This document shows, one piece after another, positions 36,600 through 45,233 of a DNA stretch of 64,000 nt (within the stretch, counting starts at the first letter, position 1; the number at the start of each line of letters is the position of its first letter). The notes beneath the pieces were generated by a model that did not search any database, was not told where the DNA came from, and was given only the letters and a program-made list of their open reading frames with translations. A program made the position numbers and the translations under genes. Origin of the DNA: an uncultured Candidatus Rokubacteria bacterium (lineage in GTDB: Bacteria; Methylomirabilota; Methylomirabilia; Rokubacteriales; CSP1-6); the NCBI GenBank assembly GCA_963771355.1, contig CAVYTA010000007.1:282423-346422 (forward strand). The letters are read 5' to 3'.

Positions 36600-37466
36600 A
36601 TGGCCTGGTTCTGGAAGAAGAAGGAAGAGGGGGAGGACGCGCCGCGCAAGAAGGTCCAGATCGCCGAGGGGCTCTGGGTCAAGTGCGACTCCTGCAAGGA
36701 GATCGTCTACCGCGCCGAGGTGGACCGGGCCGGGCGAGTCTGCCCCCGCTGCAAGTATCCCTTCCGCATCTCCGCCCGCGAGCGCATCGCCGCCATCCTG
36801 GACGCCGATTCCTTCGAGGAGCGCGACGTCGGGCTCACCTCGCGCGACCCCCTGGAGTTCAAGGACACCAAGCGCTACAGCGACCGCGTCAAGTCCGCCC
36901 GCAAGTCCACCGGACTCGAGGAGGCGGTGATCACCGGCATGGGCCGCGTGGGCGGGCTCCCGGTGGTGCTGGCCGTCTTCGAGTTCGGCTTCCTGGGGGG
37001 CAGCATGGGCTCGGTGGTGGGGGAGAAGCTCACGCGGGCCATCGAGCTGGCCACGCAGAAGCGGGCGCCGCTCATCATCGTGTCGGCCTCCGGCGGCGCC
37101 CGCATGCAGGAAGGCATTCTCTCGCTCATGCAGATGGCCAAGACCTCGGCGGCGCTGAACCGGCTCGCCGAGGAGCGCGTGCCCTATCTCTCGCTCCTCA
37201 CCGATCCGACCACCGGCGGCGTCACCGCCAGCTTCGCCATGCTGGGGGACGTCATCCTCGCCGAGCCCCGCGCCCTCATCGGCTTCGCGGGACCGCGCGT
37301 GATCGCCGAGACCATACGGCAGCCGCTCCCCGACGGCTTCCAGCGCTCGGAGTTCCTCCTCGAGCACGGCCAGCTCGACATGGTCGTCGAGCGCCGCGAG
37401 CTCCGCGACACGCTCCGCCGCATCATCGCCTTCTTCGGAACAGGCCCCGTCCAGCCGTCTCCATGA
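36600..37466 (+). CDS. accD: Acetyl-CoA carboxylase carboxyltransferase subunit beta
   Basis: N-terminal Zn ribbon CDSCKEIVY...CPRCKYP. Carboxyltransferase body MGRVGGLPVVLAVFEFGFLGGSMGSVVGEK. Confidence 0.9.
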   Translation: MAWFWKKKEEGEDAPRKKVQIAEGLWVKCDSCKEIVYRAEVDRAGRVCPRCKYPFRISARERIAAILDADSFEERDVGLTSRDPLEFKDTKRYSDRVKSARKSTGLEEAVITGMGRVGGLPVVLAVFEFGFLGGSMGSVVGEKLTRAIELATQKRAPLIIVSASGGARMQEGILSLMQMAKTSAALNRLAEERVPYLSLLTDPTTGGVTASFAMLGDVILAEPRALIGFAGPRVIAETIRQPLPDGFQRSEFLLEHGQLDMVVERRELRDTLRRIIAFFGTGPVQPSP

Positions 37467-38767
37467 CGTATCGCGAGGCCGTGGCCCGGCTCCTCGCGCT
37501 GCGGGGCGGGGAGATGGCGGGCATGCGGCCGGGGCTGGCCCCCATCCAGGCCCTGCTCGACGCCGTCGGCAATCCCGAGAGCCGGATGCGGCTCGTCCAG
37601 ATCGGCGGCACCAATGGCAAGGGATCCGCCTCGGCCATGCTGGCGGCCATGCTCCACTCGGCCGGCCTCCGCACCGGGCTCTACACGTCCCCGCATCTCC
37701 GCTCCGTGCGCGAGCGCATCCGGGTGGACGGCCGCTGCATCGCCGAGGACGACCTGGCGGACGGTGTGGACGCCCTCGGCACGCTCTTCGCGCGGCTGGA
37801 CGCCACCGTCTTCGAGGCCACCACCGCGCTCGCCCTCGATCACTTCGCGCGGGCGGGCGTCGAGGTGGCGGTGCTGGAGGTGGGCCTGGGCGGCCGGCTC
37901 GACGCCACCACCGTCGGGCGCCCCCACGTGAGCGTGCTGACCCGCATCGACTATGACCACCAGGCGCTCCTGGGCGATACCCTGGCGCGGATCGCCTGGG
38001 ACAAGGCGCATATCATCCGCAGCGGGGTGGCGGTGTCGGCGCGCCAGGAGCCCGAGGCGGAGACGCCCATCCTGGAGCGCGCGGCCGCGGTCGGCGTGCC
38101 GCTCCTTCTGGAGGGACGCGAGCTCGGCGTCTCGGTGCGCGAGGCGTCCCTCGACGGGCAGCGGCTCGACCTGACCGGGCCCGACTGGCGCATCGAGGAC
38201 GCGCGCTGTGCGCTGCTGGGTCCCCATCAGCCGAGCAATGCGCTGGTGGCGGTGGCCGCCGCGCGCGTCATGGGCGCGGGCGAGGCGGCGATACGGCGGG
38301 GGCTCGCGGAGGTGCGCTGGCCGGGGCGCTTTCAGGTGCTCGCCGGCTCGCCCACCGTGATCCTGGACGGCGCCCACAATCCCGGCGGCGCCCGGGCGCT
38401 GGCCGCCTCGCTCCGCGCGTATTTTCCCGGGCGCCCGGTCGCCTTCGTGCTGGGCATCTCCGCCGACAAGGACCTGGCCGGCATTCTCTCCCCGCTCCTG
38501 CCCCTGGCCGAGCGTGTCGTCTTCACGGCGGCGAACTCGCCGCGCGCGGCCGACCCCGAATCCCTCCGTGAGCTCGCGCGGCACCTGGGGCCGTTGCCCG
38601 GGGAGCGCCTTGCCGTCGCCGCTCGGCCGGCCGACGCCCTCGCCCGGCTACGACGGGAGAGCCCCGACGCGCTGGTGTGCGCGGCCGGCTCCCTGTTCCT
38701 GCTCGGCGAGCTCCTGTCCGACCGCCCGGAAACGCTCGATATGCTTTGCGGAATTGACGCCGGCTGA
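37463..38767 (+). CDS. folC: Bifunctional folylpolyglutamate synthase / dihydrofolate synthase
   Basis: ATGA overlap with accD. IQIGGTNGKGS P-loop, then the Mur-ligase-like middle and C-terminal domains. The accD-folC adjacency is classical. Confidence 0.8.
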   Translation: MTYREAVARLLALRGGEMAGMRPGLAPIQALLDAVGNPESRMRLVQIGGTNGKGSASAMLAAMLHSAGLRTGLYTSPHLRSVRERIRVDGRCIAEDDLADGVDALGTLFARLDATVFEATTALALDHFARAGVEVAVLEVGLGGRLDATTVGRPHVSVLTRIDYDHQALLGDTLARIAWDKAHIIRSGVAVSARQEPEAETPILERAAAVGVPLLLEGRELGVSVREASLDGQRLDLTGPDWRIEDARCALLGPHQPSNALVAVAAARVMGAGEAAIRRGLAEVRWPGRFQVLAGSPTVILDGAHNPGGARALAASLRAYFPGRPVAFVLGISADKDLAGILSPLLPLAERVVFTAANSPRAADPESLRELARHLGPLPGERLAVAARPADALARLRRESPDALVCAAGSLFLLGELLSDRPETLDMLCGIDAG

Positions 38768-38789
38768 TATAGCATGTGCGCTGAGCTCA

Positions 38790-40985
38790 ATGCCGTCCAC
38801 ACGCGCGCGTGCAGTCTGGGGCGCCCTGCTCCTCGTCCTGCCGCTGGTCCTGGGTTCGCCCGGAGCCGGCCTTGCCCAGTCCCCCCGGTCTCCCGTCACG
38901 ATTCAGCAGGAGGGGGCCGGCGAGGTGACCGTGATCGCGGATCAGATGCAGCAGGTGACCGGCCCTCCCGATCTGCTCATCGCGGTCGGCAATGTCGAGA
39001 TCGTGCGCGGGGGCTCCCGACTCCTCGCCGACCGGGTGGAGCTCAATCGCGATACGGGCGAGGCGATCGCGCAGGGCAAGGTCGTCTTCTACGACGGCCA
39101 GGACCGGCTGGTCGGCGATCGTGTGGACTACAATCTCAAGACCGGCACCGGCGTCGTCTACAACGCCAACGCCTTCGCCGCGCCGTACTACTCGTTGAGC
39201 GGGCAGCGTCTCGACCGCATCGGCGAGGGCGTCTATGCGGCGCAGGACGCGGTCTTCACCACCTGCGAGGGTGACAACCCGGCCTGGTCCTTCCGGGTGG
39301 GCTCGTGTGTGGCGGACCTCAATGACATCGTGACCGGCCGGGATGCCTCGTTCTGGGTGGGCAAGGTCCCCCTCATCCCGTGGTTCCCGTGGTTCGCCGC
39401 CGCCATCCGGCGCGAGCGGCAGTCCGGCTTCCTCTTCCCGCAGGTGGGCATCTCCAGCAACAAGGGCTTCTTCACGCGGGTGCCCTATTACTGGGCCATC
39501 GACGACAGTCAGGATCTCACGGTGTCGCTGGACACCTTCACCTCCCGCGGGGTGGGATCGAGCATCGAGTACCGCTATATCCAGTCCCAGAACGCCGCCG
39601 GCTCGCTGACTGGCTTCTTCGTCCACGAGGCCTTCGACGATAACGAGACGCGCGGCGTCGGTATTGCCAAGCACACCTGGGACATCGCGCCGGGGCTCTC
39701 TTTCAAGGTGGACGCCAACGTCACCACCGACGACAAGGTGTACCGCGAGTACGGCGACCGGCTCCAGGAGCGCTCGAACCAGCGGGCGGAGACCAATGTC
39801 TTCGTCACCAAGCGCTGGGATACCTGGAATCTCGTCGGCAATATCCTCTGGTACCAGGACTTGACCGTCGACCGGCCGGTGGAGCTCCAGCGCGTGCCGG
39901 AGATCCGTCTCGACGGGTTGCGTCAGCCCATTCCGGGGATGCCCGGGTTCTTCTACGAGACCCAGGCCTCCTTCACGAACTTCATCCGGGAGGTGGGTTC
40001 CAGTGGGCTGCGCACCGATCTGCACCCCCGCGTGTCCTATCCGATCCCGGTGGGCGGATACTTCACGGTGACGCCCTTCGCCGGCGGGCGCGCCACCTAC
40101 TACGACAAGCGCGTGGTGGGGACGCGGGTGACGCGGATAAATGACTCCGAGGGGATCGAGATCGAGGAGACGGTGGACGACCCCCGGGTCCGCGCCCAGA
40201 TAGAGGGCGGCGTCGAGCTGGAGACCCGGCTCACGCGCGTCTGGGCGGTGGACGGGACCTGGGGCCTGTCCGCGCTGCAACACGTGATCGAGCCCCGCGC
40301 CACCTGGACGGAGATCCGCGGGGTGAACCAGAAGGACAATCCCCAGTACGATCCCGTCATCGACGACATCGGCAAGACGAGCCAGGTGACGTACTCCATC
40401 ACCCAGCGGCTCAACGCCAAGACGGTGGCCGGCCCCAACCAGGAAGCGGTGCGCTGGGAGGCCGTGCGCTTCGTCCTGGCCCAGACCTACAACCTCCTCC
40501 CCGCCGCGGACCAGCCCTTCAAGGACCTCAGGGCCGAGGTCATCTTGCGACCCAATCAAATGTTCGGCTTTCGCGGGGACGCGGCCTGGAACCTCTACGG
40601 GCTGGGGCTGCGCACCGCCACCGCCGACGTCAACGGGACCTACAAAGACGTCACCGCCGCGCTGGGCGTACGCTACAACGACATCAACGTGGACCCCCCG
40701 GTTGGAACGCGCCTCGACGACGAGCTCGAGCCGAGGTACTCCAACGTCAATGCCGAGGTCGCGGCCCGGATCACGACACACGTCAATGCGCGCGCCTCGA
40801 GCCACTGGGACCTGAGGAAAGGCACCAAGGTCGAGAATCGCTTCGGGGTGGACATCCACTTCCAGTGTTGGGCTATCCTGCTGGAGTACGTGGATCGGCA
40901 CAAGGACGAGGACGAGTTCCGCTTCTCGATCAACCTGCTCGGGATAGGACAGACGGGCACGCGCTTCGGGACGGGAATCCGCTAG
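38790..40985 (+). CDS. lptD: LPS-assembly outer-membrane protein LptD (OstA family)
   Basis: Signal peptide AVWGALLLVLPLVLGSPGAGLAQS. OstA_N-like N-terminal domain (DLLIAVGNVEIVRGGSRLLADRVELNRDTGEAIAQGKVVFYD). Large beta-barrel body rich in aromatic/Gly alternations. 731 aa. Confidence 0.75.
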   Translation: MPSTRARAVWGALLLVLPLVLGSPGAGLAQSPRSPVTIQQEGAGEVTVIADQMQQVTGPPDLLIAVGNVEIVRGGSRLLADRVELNRDTGEAIAQGKVVFYDGQDRLVGDRVDYNLKTGTGVVYNANAFAAPYYSLSGQRLDRIGEGVYAAQDAVFTTCEGDNPAWSFRVGSCVADLNDIVTGRDASFWVGKVPLIPWFPWFAAAIRRERQSGFLFPQVGISSNKGFFTRVPYYWAIDDSQDLTVSLDTFTSRGVGSSIEYRYIQSQNAAGSLTGFFVHEAFDDNETRGVGIAKHTWDIAPGLSFKVDANVTTDDKVYREYGDRLQERSNQRAETNVFVTKRWDTWNLVGNILWYQDLTVDRPVELQRVPEIRLDGLRQPIPGMPGFFYETQASFTNFIREVGSSGLRTDLHPRVSYPIPVGGYFTVTPFAGGRATYYDKRVVGTRVTRINDSEGIEIEETVDDPRVRAQIEGGVELETRLTRVWAVDGTWGLSALQHVIEPRATWTEIRGVNQKDNPQYDPVIDDIGKTSQVTYSITQRLNAKTVAGPNQEAVRWEAVRFVLAQTYNLLPAADQPFKDLRAEVILRPNQMFGFRGDAAWNLYGLGLRTATADVNGTYKDVTAALGVRYNDINVDPPVGTRLDDELEPRYSNVNAEVAARITTHVNARASSHWDLRKGTKVENRFGVDIHFQCWAILLEYVDRHKDEDEFRFSINLLGIGQTGTRFGTGIR

Positions 40986-40989
40986 CCCC

Positions 40990-42108
40990 ATGACCGAGAT
41001 CCGGGTTCCGCAGATCGACCTCAAGCGCCAGCACGCGGCCCTGCGCGCCGAGCTGCTGGAGGCGACGGAGCGCGTGCTCACCTCGGCGTGGTTCATCATG
41101 GGGCCGGAAGGCCGGGCGCTGGAGGAGGAGCTGGCGACGGCCTCCGGGGCGCGGTTCGGGGTGGGCCTCAATTCCGGCACCGACGCCCTGCTCCTCGCGC
41201 TCCGGGCGCTGGGCATCGGGCCCGGCGACGAGGTCATCACCTCGGCCTTCTCGTTCGTGGCGTCCGGGAGCACCATCGCGCTCGCGGGCGCCACCCCCGT
41301 CTTCGTGGACATCGATCCCGCGACCTATAATCTCGATCCCGCGGCAGTCGCCCGTGCCGTCACCCCGCGCACGCGGGCGGTGGTGCCCGTGCATCTCTAC
41401 GGCCAGCTCGCCGACATGGTGGCCCTCGAGGCCATCGCGCGGCCGCGCGGGCTCGCGGTGATCGCCGACGCCGCCCAGGCGGTGGGCGCCGCCTGGGGCG
41501 ACCGCCCGGTGGGCGCGTGGGGGGACGCGGTGTGCCTGTCGTTCTACCCCACCAAGAACCTCGGCGCCTGCGGGGACGGCGGCATGCTCCTCACCTCCCG
41601 GGAGGACGTGGCGCAGCGGGTGCGCCGGCTCCGCGATCACGGCTCACCGCGGAAGTACGAGCACGTGGAGCTGGGGCAGTCGAGCCGGCTCGATGATCTC
41701 CAGGCGGCCCTGCTTCGCGTCAAGCTGCGCCGGCTGGGCGAGTGGACCGCGGCCCGCCGCCGCCTGGCCGCGCGCTACCGCGAGCTCCTGGCCGGCCTGC
41801 CCCTCGAGCTGCCCGTCGAGCGGCCCCCCGCTTTCCACGTCTATCACCAGTTCACGGTGCGGGTGGCGCGCCGGGACGCGGTGGCCCGCCGGCTCGCGGA
41901 GCTCGGCATCGGCACCACCGTGCACTACCCGCTGACGATTCCCGCCCAGCCGCTCTTCTGCCCGCTCGACGGGGCGGCCAAGGTGGCCGCCGAATTTCCG
42001 GAGTCCACGCGCGCCGCGCGCGAGGTGCTCTCCCTCCCGTGCTTTCCGGAGCTGACGGACGCCGAGCTCGCCGAGGTGGCCGCCGCCCTGCGCATCGCGC
42101 TGGGCTAG
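40990..42108 (+). CDS. DegT/DnrJ/EryC1/StrS-family PLP-dependent sugar aminotransferase
   Basis: 372 aa. ...VITSAFSFVASGSTIALAGATPVFVDID... and ...CLSFYPTKNLGACGDGGML... (PLP-Lys context). The family includes ArnB/PglE/WecE-type 4-keto-sugar aminotransferases. Confidence 0.8.
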   Translation: MTEIRVPQIDLKRQHAALRAELLEATERVLTSAWFIMGPEGRALEEELATASGARFGVGLNSGTDALLLALRALGIGPGDEVITSAFSFVASGSTIALAGATPVFVDIDPATYNLDPAAVARAVTPRTRAVVPVHLYGQLADMVALEAIARPRGLAVIADAAQAVGAAWGDRPVGAWGDAVCLSFYPTKNLGACGDGGMLLTSREDVAQRVRRLRDHGSPRKYEHVELGQSSRLDDLQAALLRVKLRRLGEWTAARRRLAARYRELLAGLPLELPVERPPAFHVYHQFTVRVARRDAVARRLAELGIGTTVHYPLTIPAQPLFCPLDGAAKVAAEFPESTRAAREVLSLPCFPELTDAELAEVAAALRIALG

Positions 42109-42115
42109 GCGCGCC

Positions 42116-43000
42116 ATGGGACTGGTCGCTGCCGTCCTCGCCTCGCTGCGCCCGCGGCAGTGGGCGAAGAACCTCTTCGTCTTCGCGGGCGTCATCTTCT
42201 CGCAACAGCTGTTCACTCCCCAGGTGTGGCGGGCGGTGGCCGCGTTCGCGCTCTTCTGCGCGCTCTCCGGCGCCATCTACCTCCTGAACGACGTGGCGGA
42301 CGCGGAGAAAGACCGCCTGCATCCCACCAAGCGCCGCCGGCCGGTGGCCTCGGGCGCGCTGTCCCGCGGGCTCGCGCTGGGCATCGGCGTCGCCCTCCTC
42401 GCGGCGAGCGTGGTGGTGTCGTTCGGCCTGGGGGTCCCCTTCGGCCTGGTGGCGGTCAGCTACGGGGTGCTCCTCACCGCGTACTCTGTGTGGCTGAAGC
42501 ACCTCGTCATCCTCGACGTGCTCACGGTGGCGGTGGGCTTCGTGCTCCGGGCGGTGGCGGGGGCGGTGGCGGTGGGCGCGGACATCTCCGGGTGGCTGCT
42601 CATCTGCACCGTGCTCATCGCGCTCTTCCTCGCGCTGGGCAAGCGCCGGCACGAGTACCTCATGTTGAAGGGAGCCGCCGCCGCCCATCGACCCATCCTG
42701 GCCGAGTACAGCGAGGGGTTCATCGACCAGATGATCGCGGTGGTCACGTCCTCGGCGGTGACCGCTTACGCGCTCTACACCATGTCGCCGGAGACGGTGG
42801 CCAAGTTCCATACCCGGCTGCTGCCGCTCACGCTGCCCTTCGTGCTCTACGGGATCTTCCGCTACCTCTACCTCCTCTACCGCCGTGAGCTGGGCGGCAA
42901 TCCCTCGGACCTCGTCCTGTCCGACCGCTCGCTCCTGCTGAACACCACCCTCTGGATGGCCGCCGTCCTCGTGCTGATCTACGGCCCGTGGGGACGTTGA
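42116..43000 (+). CDS. UbiA-family polyprenyl-phosphate phosphoribosyltransferase (decaprenyl-phosphate 5-phosphoribosyltransferase, Rv3806c-like)
   Basis: 294 aa with 8-9 TM segments. The motif NDVADAEKDRLHPTKRRRPVASG matches, as I recall it, the NDxxDxxxDRxHPTKRxRPIAxG signature of DPPR synthases. Confidence 0.7.
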   Translation: MGLVAAVLASLRPRQWAKNLFVFAGVIFSQQLFTPQVWRAVAAFALFCALSGAIYLLNDVADAEKDRLHPTKRRRPVASGALSRGLALGIGVALLAASVVVSFGLGVPFGLVAVSYGVLLTAYSVWLKHLVILDVLTVAVGFVLRAVAGAVAVGADISGWLLICTVLIALFLALGKRRHEYLMLKGAAAAHRPILAEYSEGFIDQMIAVVTSSAVTAYALYTMSPETVAKFHTRLLPLTLPFVLYGIFRYLYLLYRRELGGNPSDLVLSDRSLLLNTTLWMAAVLVLIYGPWGR

Positions 43001-45198
43001 CCCTCCCGGTCGCGCGCGCGGCCGTGGCGGGGTGGGGCCGCTTTCCCGTCCGTCCCGGGCGGGTGGTGCGTCCCGAGCGGCTGGAGCTTCCCGCGGGCGA
43101 GTCCCTGGTGCTGCCGCGCGGACTGGGTCGCGCCTACGGCGACGCGGCGGTGCCCTGGCGCGAGGCGACCCTGGTGCTGGAGACCGGGCGCGCCGACCGC
43201 ATCCTCGACTGGGATCCCGTGACCGGCCGGCTCACTGCGGAAGCGGGGCTGTCCCTGTCCGAGGTGCTGCGGCTCTTCGTCCCCCGCGGCTGGTTCCCGC
43301 CCGTGACCCCGGGGACCAAGTTCGTGACCCTGGGCGGGTGCGTGGCCACGGACGTGCACGGCAAGAACCACCACCGAGACGGCTCCTTCGCCAGCTTCGT
43401 GGACCGGCTCACCCTGCTGACCGCGGAGGGGAAGACGGTGGCATGCGGGCCCGACCTCGAGCGGGAGCTCTTCCTCGCCACCGTGGGCGGGATGGGGCTC
43501 ACCGGCCTCATCACCGAGGTGACCCTCCGCCTGCGGCCGGTCGAGTCGGGCTGGATCGTCATGGAGAGCGAGGGCGTGCCGGACCTCGATCACATGGTGA
43601 GCGCCCTGGAATCGAGCGGCCGGGACTGGCCCTATACCGTGGGCTGGATCGACTGCCTGGCCTCGGGCGCCGGGCTGGGGCGCGGCGTGCTGCTGCGCGG
43701 CCGTCACGCCGCGCGCGCGGAGGTCCCGGGCGACGATCCGCGCGCGCGGCGCACCCTGCGCGTGCCCCTGGACGCCCCCGAGTGGCTCCTCAGCCCGCCC
43801 GCCATGCGCGCCTTCAACGGGCTTTACTACTGGCTCAAGGCCGGCCGGCGCGGCGGCGGCCGCGCGGGGGCCCGGCCCCACCTCGTCTCCTACGAGTCCT
43901 TCTTCTACCCGCTGGACGCGCTCGGCGACTGGAATCGCCTCTACGGCCGGCGCGGCTTTCTCCAGTACCAGTGCGTGGTGCCCCGGGCGGTCGGGCGGGC
44001 GGCGACGCGCGAGCTCCTGGAGCGTCTCGCGCACGCGGGGGCGGCGTCCTTCCTCGCCGTGATCAAGGACTGCGGGCCTGCCGGCCCCGCGCCCCTCTCG
44101 TTCCCGCTGGAGGGAATCACCCTGGCGCTGGACTTGCCCCACCGGGGGCCGCCCACCGTGGCCCTCGTGCATGAGCTCAACGCCACCGTGATGGCGGCGG
44201 GCGGCCGCATCTATCTCGCCAAGGATGCCGTCACGCGCGCGGAGGACTTCGCGCGCATGACCCCGCGCCTGGCCGAATGGCAGGCGCTCCGGGACCGCTG
44301 GGATCCCGCGCGGCGCTTCCGCTCCGCCATGTCGGTGCGCCTCTTCGGTGACGGAGTTGATTGGCGAGCCGCAGCCGCAGGCGAGGCGAGCGGATATGGT
44401 GGAGCTTTCCGAGCGGAGCGAGGGGGGCGAGCCGCAGCCGCAGGCGAGGCGAGCGGATACATGAAAGCGGTGTTCGTGGGCGCCACGCGCGGCATGGGCA
44501 AGGCGCTCGCCCGGCGTATGGCCGAGCGGGCCGACGCACTGTACCTCCTGGGCCGCGACGCGGAGGGGCTGGCCCTCGCCGCGCGCGACCTGGAGGCACG
44601 CGGAGCCCGCGCCCCGGTGCGGTCGGGCCCGCTGGACCTGGGCGATCCCGGAGGCTTCGTGGCCGCCCTCGACGCGGCCGACGCGGCCCTCGATCGCTTC
44701 GACACCCTGGTGATCACCGCCGGGCTCTTCGGCGCCCAGGACGCCCTCGCCGCGGACGCGGCGCGGCTCGAGCGGCTGTTCAGCGTCAACTTCACGGGCA
44801 CCGCGCTGCTGTGCCAGCTCGCCGCCGACCGCTTGGCCGAGCGCGGGGGCGGGGTCATCTGCGCCTTCAGCTCGGTGGCGGGGGATCGCGCGCGGGCCGC
44901 CAACTACCTCTACGGCGCCTCCAAGGCGGGGCTCTCGGCCTTTCTTGACGGGCTGGGTCTCGCCTACGCCGACCGCGACGTCCGGGTGGTCTGCGTGCGG
45001 CCCGGCTTCGTGCGCACGGAGATGACCGCCGGCCTGCCCGAGCCTCCCTTCGCGGGCGAGCCGGACACGGTGGCGACGTCGGCGCTCCGGGCCATGGACG
45101 CGGGATCCCCTCGGGTCTACAGCCCCGGCATCTGGCGCTGGATCATGGGCGTGATCCGCGCCTTGCCGCGGTCGGTGGTGCGACGGCTGCGCGTCTAG
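42988..45198 (+). CDS. Fused DprE1-like FAD oxidoreductase (to about 44352) and DprE2-like short-chain dehydrogenase (from about 44461): polyprenyl-phospho-ribose 2-prime epimerase-type enzyme
   Basis: Single 736-aa ORF; GTG 42988 overlaps the ubiA 3-prime end by 13 nt. DprE1-like blocks: TGWGRF, RGLGRAYGD, TLGGCVATDVHGKNHH, ATVGGMGLTGLI, GFLQYQCVVP, APLSFPLEG. After a roughly 40-aa linker comes the SDR domain: VFVGATRGMGKAL (Rossmann) and NYLYGASKAG (YxxxK). No stop separates the two domains. Confidence 0.75.
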   Translation: MGTLTLPVARAAVAGWGRFPVRPGRVVRPERLELPAGESLVLPRGLGRAYGDAAVPWREATLVLETGRADRILDWDPVTGRLTAEAGLSLSEVLRLFVPRGWFPPVTPGTKFVTLGGCVATDVHGKNHHRDGSFASFVDRLTLLTAEGKTVACGPDLERELFLATVGGMGLTGLITEVTLRLRPVESGWIVMESEGVPDLDHMVSALESSGRDWPYTVGWIDCLASGAGLGRGVLLRGRHAARAEVPGDDPRARRTLRVPLDAPEWLLSPPAMRAFNGLYYWLKAGRRGGGRAGARPHLVSYESFFYPLDALGDWNRLYGRRGFLQYQCVVPRAVGRAATRELLERLAHAGAASFLAVIKDCGPAGPAPLSFPLEGITLALDLPHRGPPTVALVHELNATVMAAGGRIYLAKDAVTRAEDFARMTPRLAEWQALRDRWDPARRFRSAMSVRLFGDGVDWRAAAAGEASGYGGAFRAERGGRAAAAGEASGYMKAVFVGATRGMGKALARRMAERADALYLLGRDAEGLALAARDLEARGARAPVRSGPLDLGDPGGFVAALDAADAALDRFDTLVITAGLFGAQDALAADAARLERLFSVNFTGTALLCQLAADRLAERGGGVICAFSSVAGDRARAANYLYGASKAGLSAFLDGLGLAYADRDVRVVCVRPGFVRTEMTAGLPEPPFAGEPDTVATSALRAMDAGSPRVYSPGIWRWIMGVIRALPRSVVRRLRV
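44364..44459 (+). repeat. Perfect 33-nt direct repeat (two copies, 63 nt apart) inside the DprE1-DprE2 linker
   Basis: gcgagccgcagccgcaggcgaggcgagcggata occurs at about 44364-44396 and again at 44427-44459. It encodes RAAAAGEASGY twice, in frame. Coordinates are +/-1. Confidence 0.5.
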
Positions 45199-45233
45199 GC
45201 GGTCCCGGAGCGGGCGGTTGCGAGTCGAGTACA

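Noticed and set aside
44341-44460. Possible stop (ttga) between DprE1 and DprE2 coding parts
   Set aside because: The TGA is out of frame. The in-frame reading is continuous, so the two domains are treated as one fused ORF.
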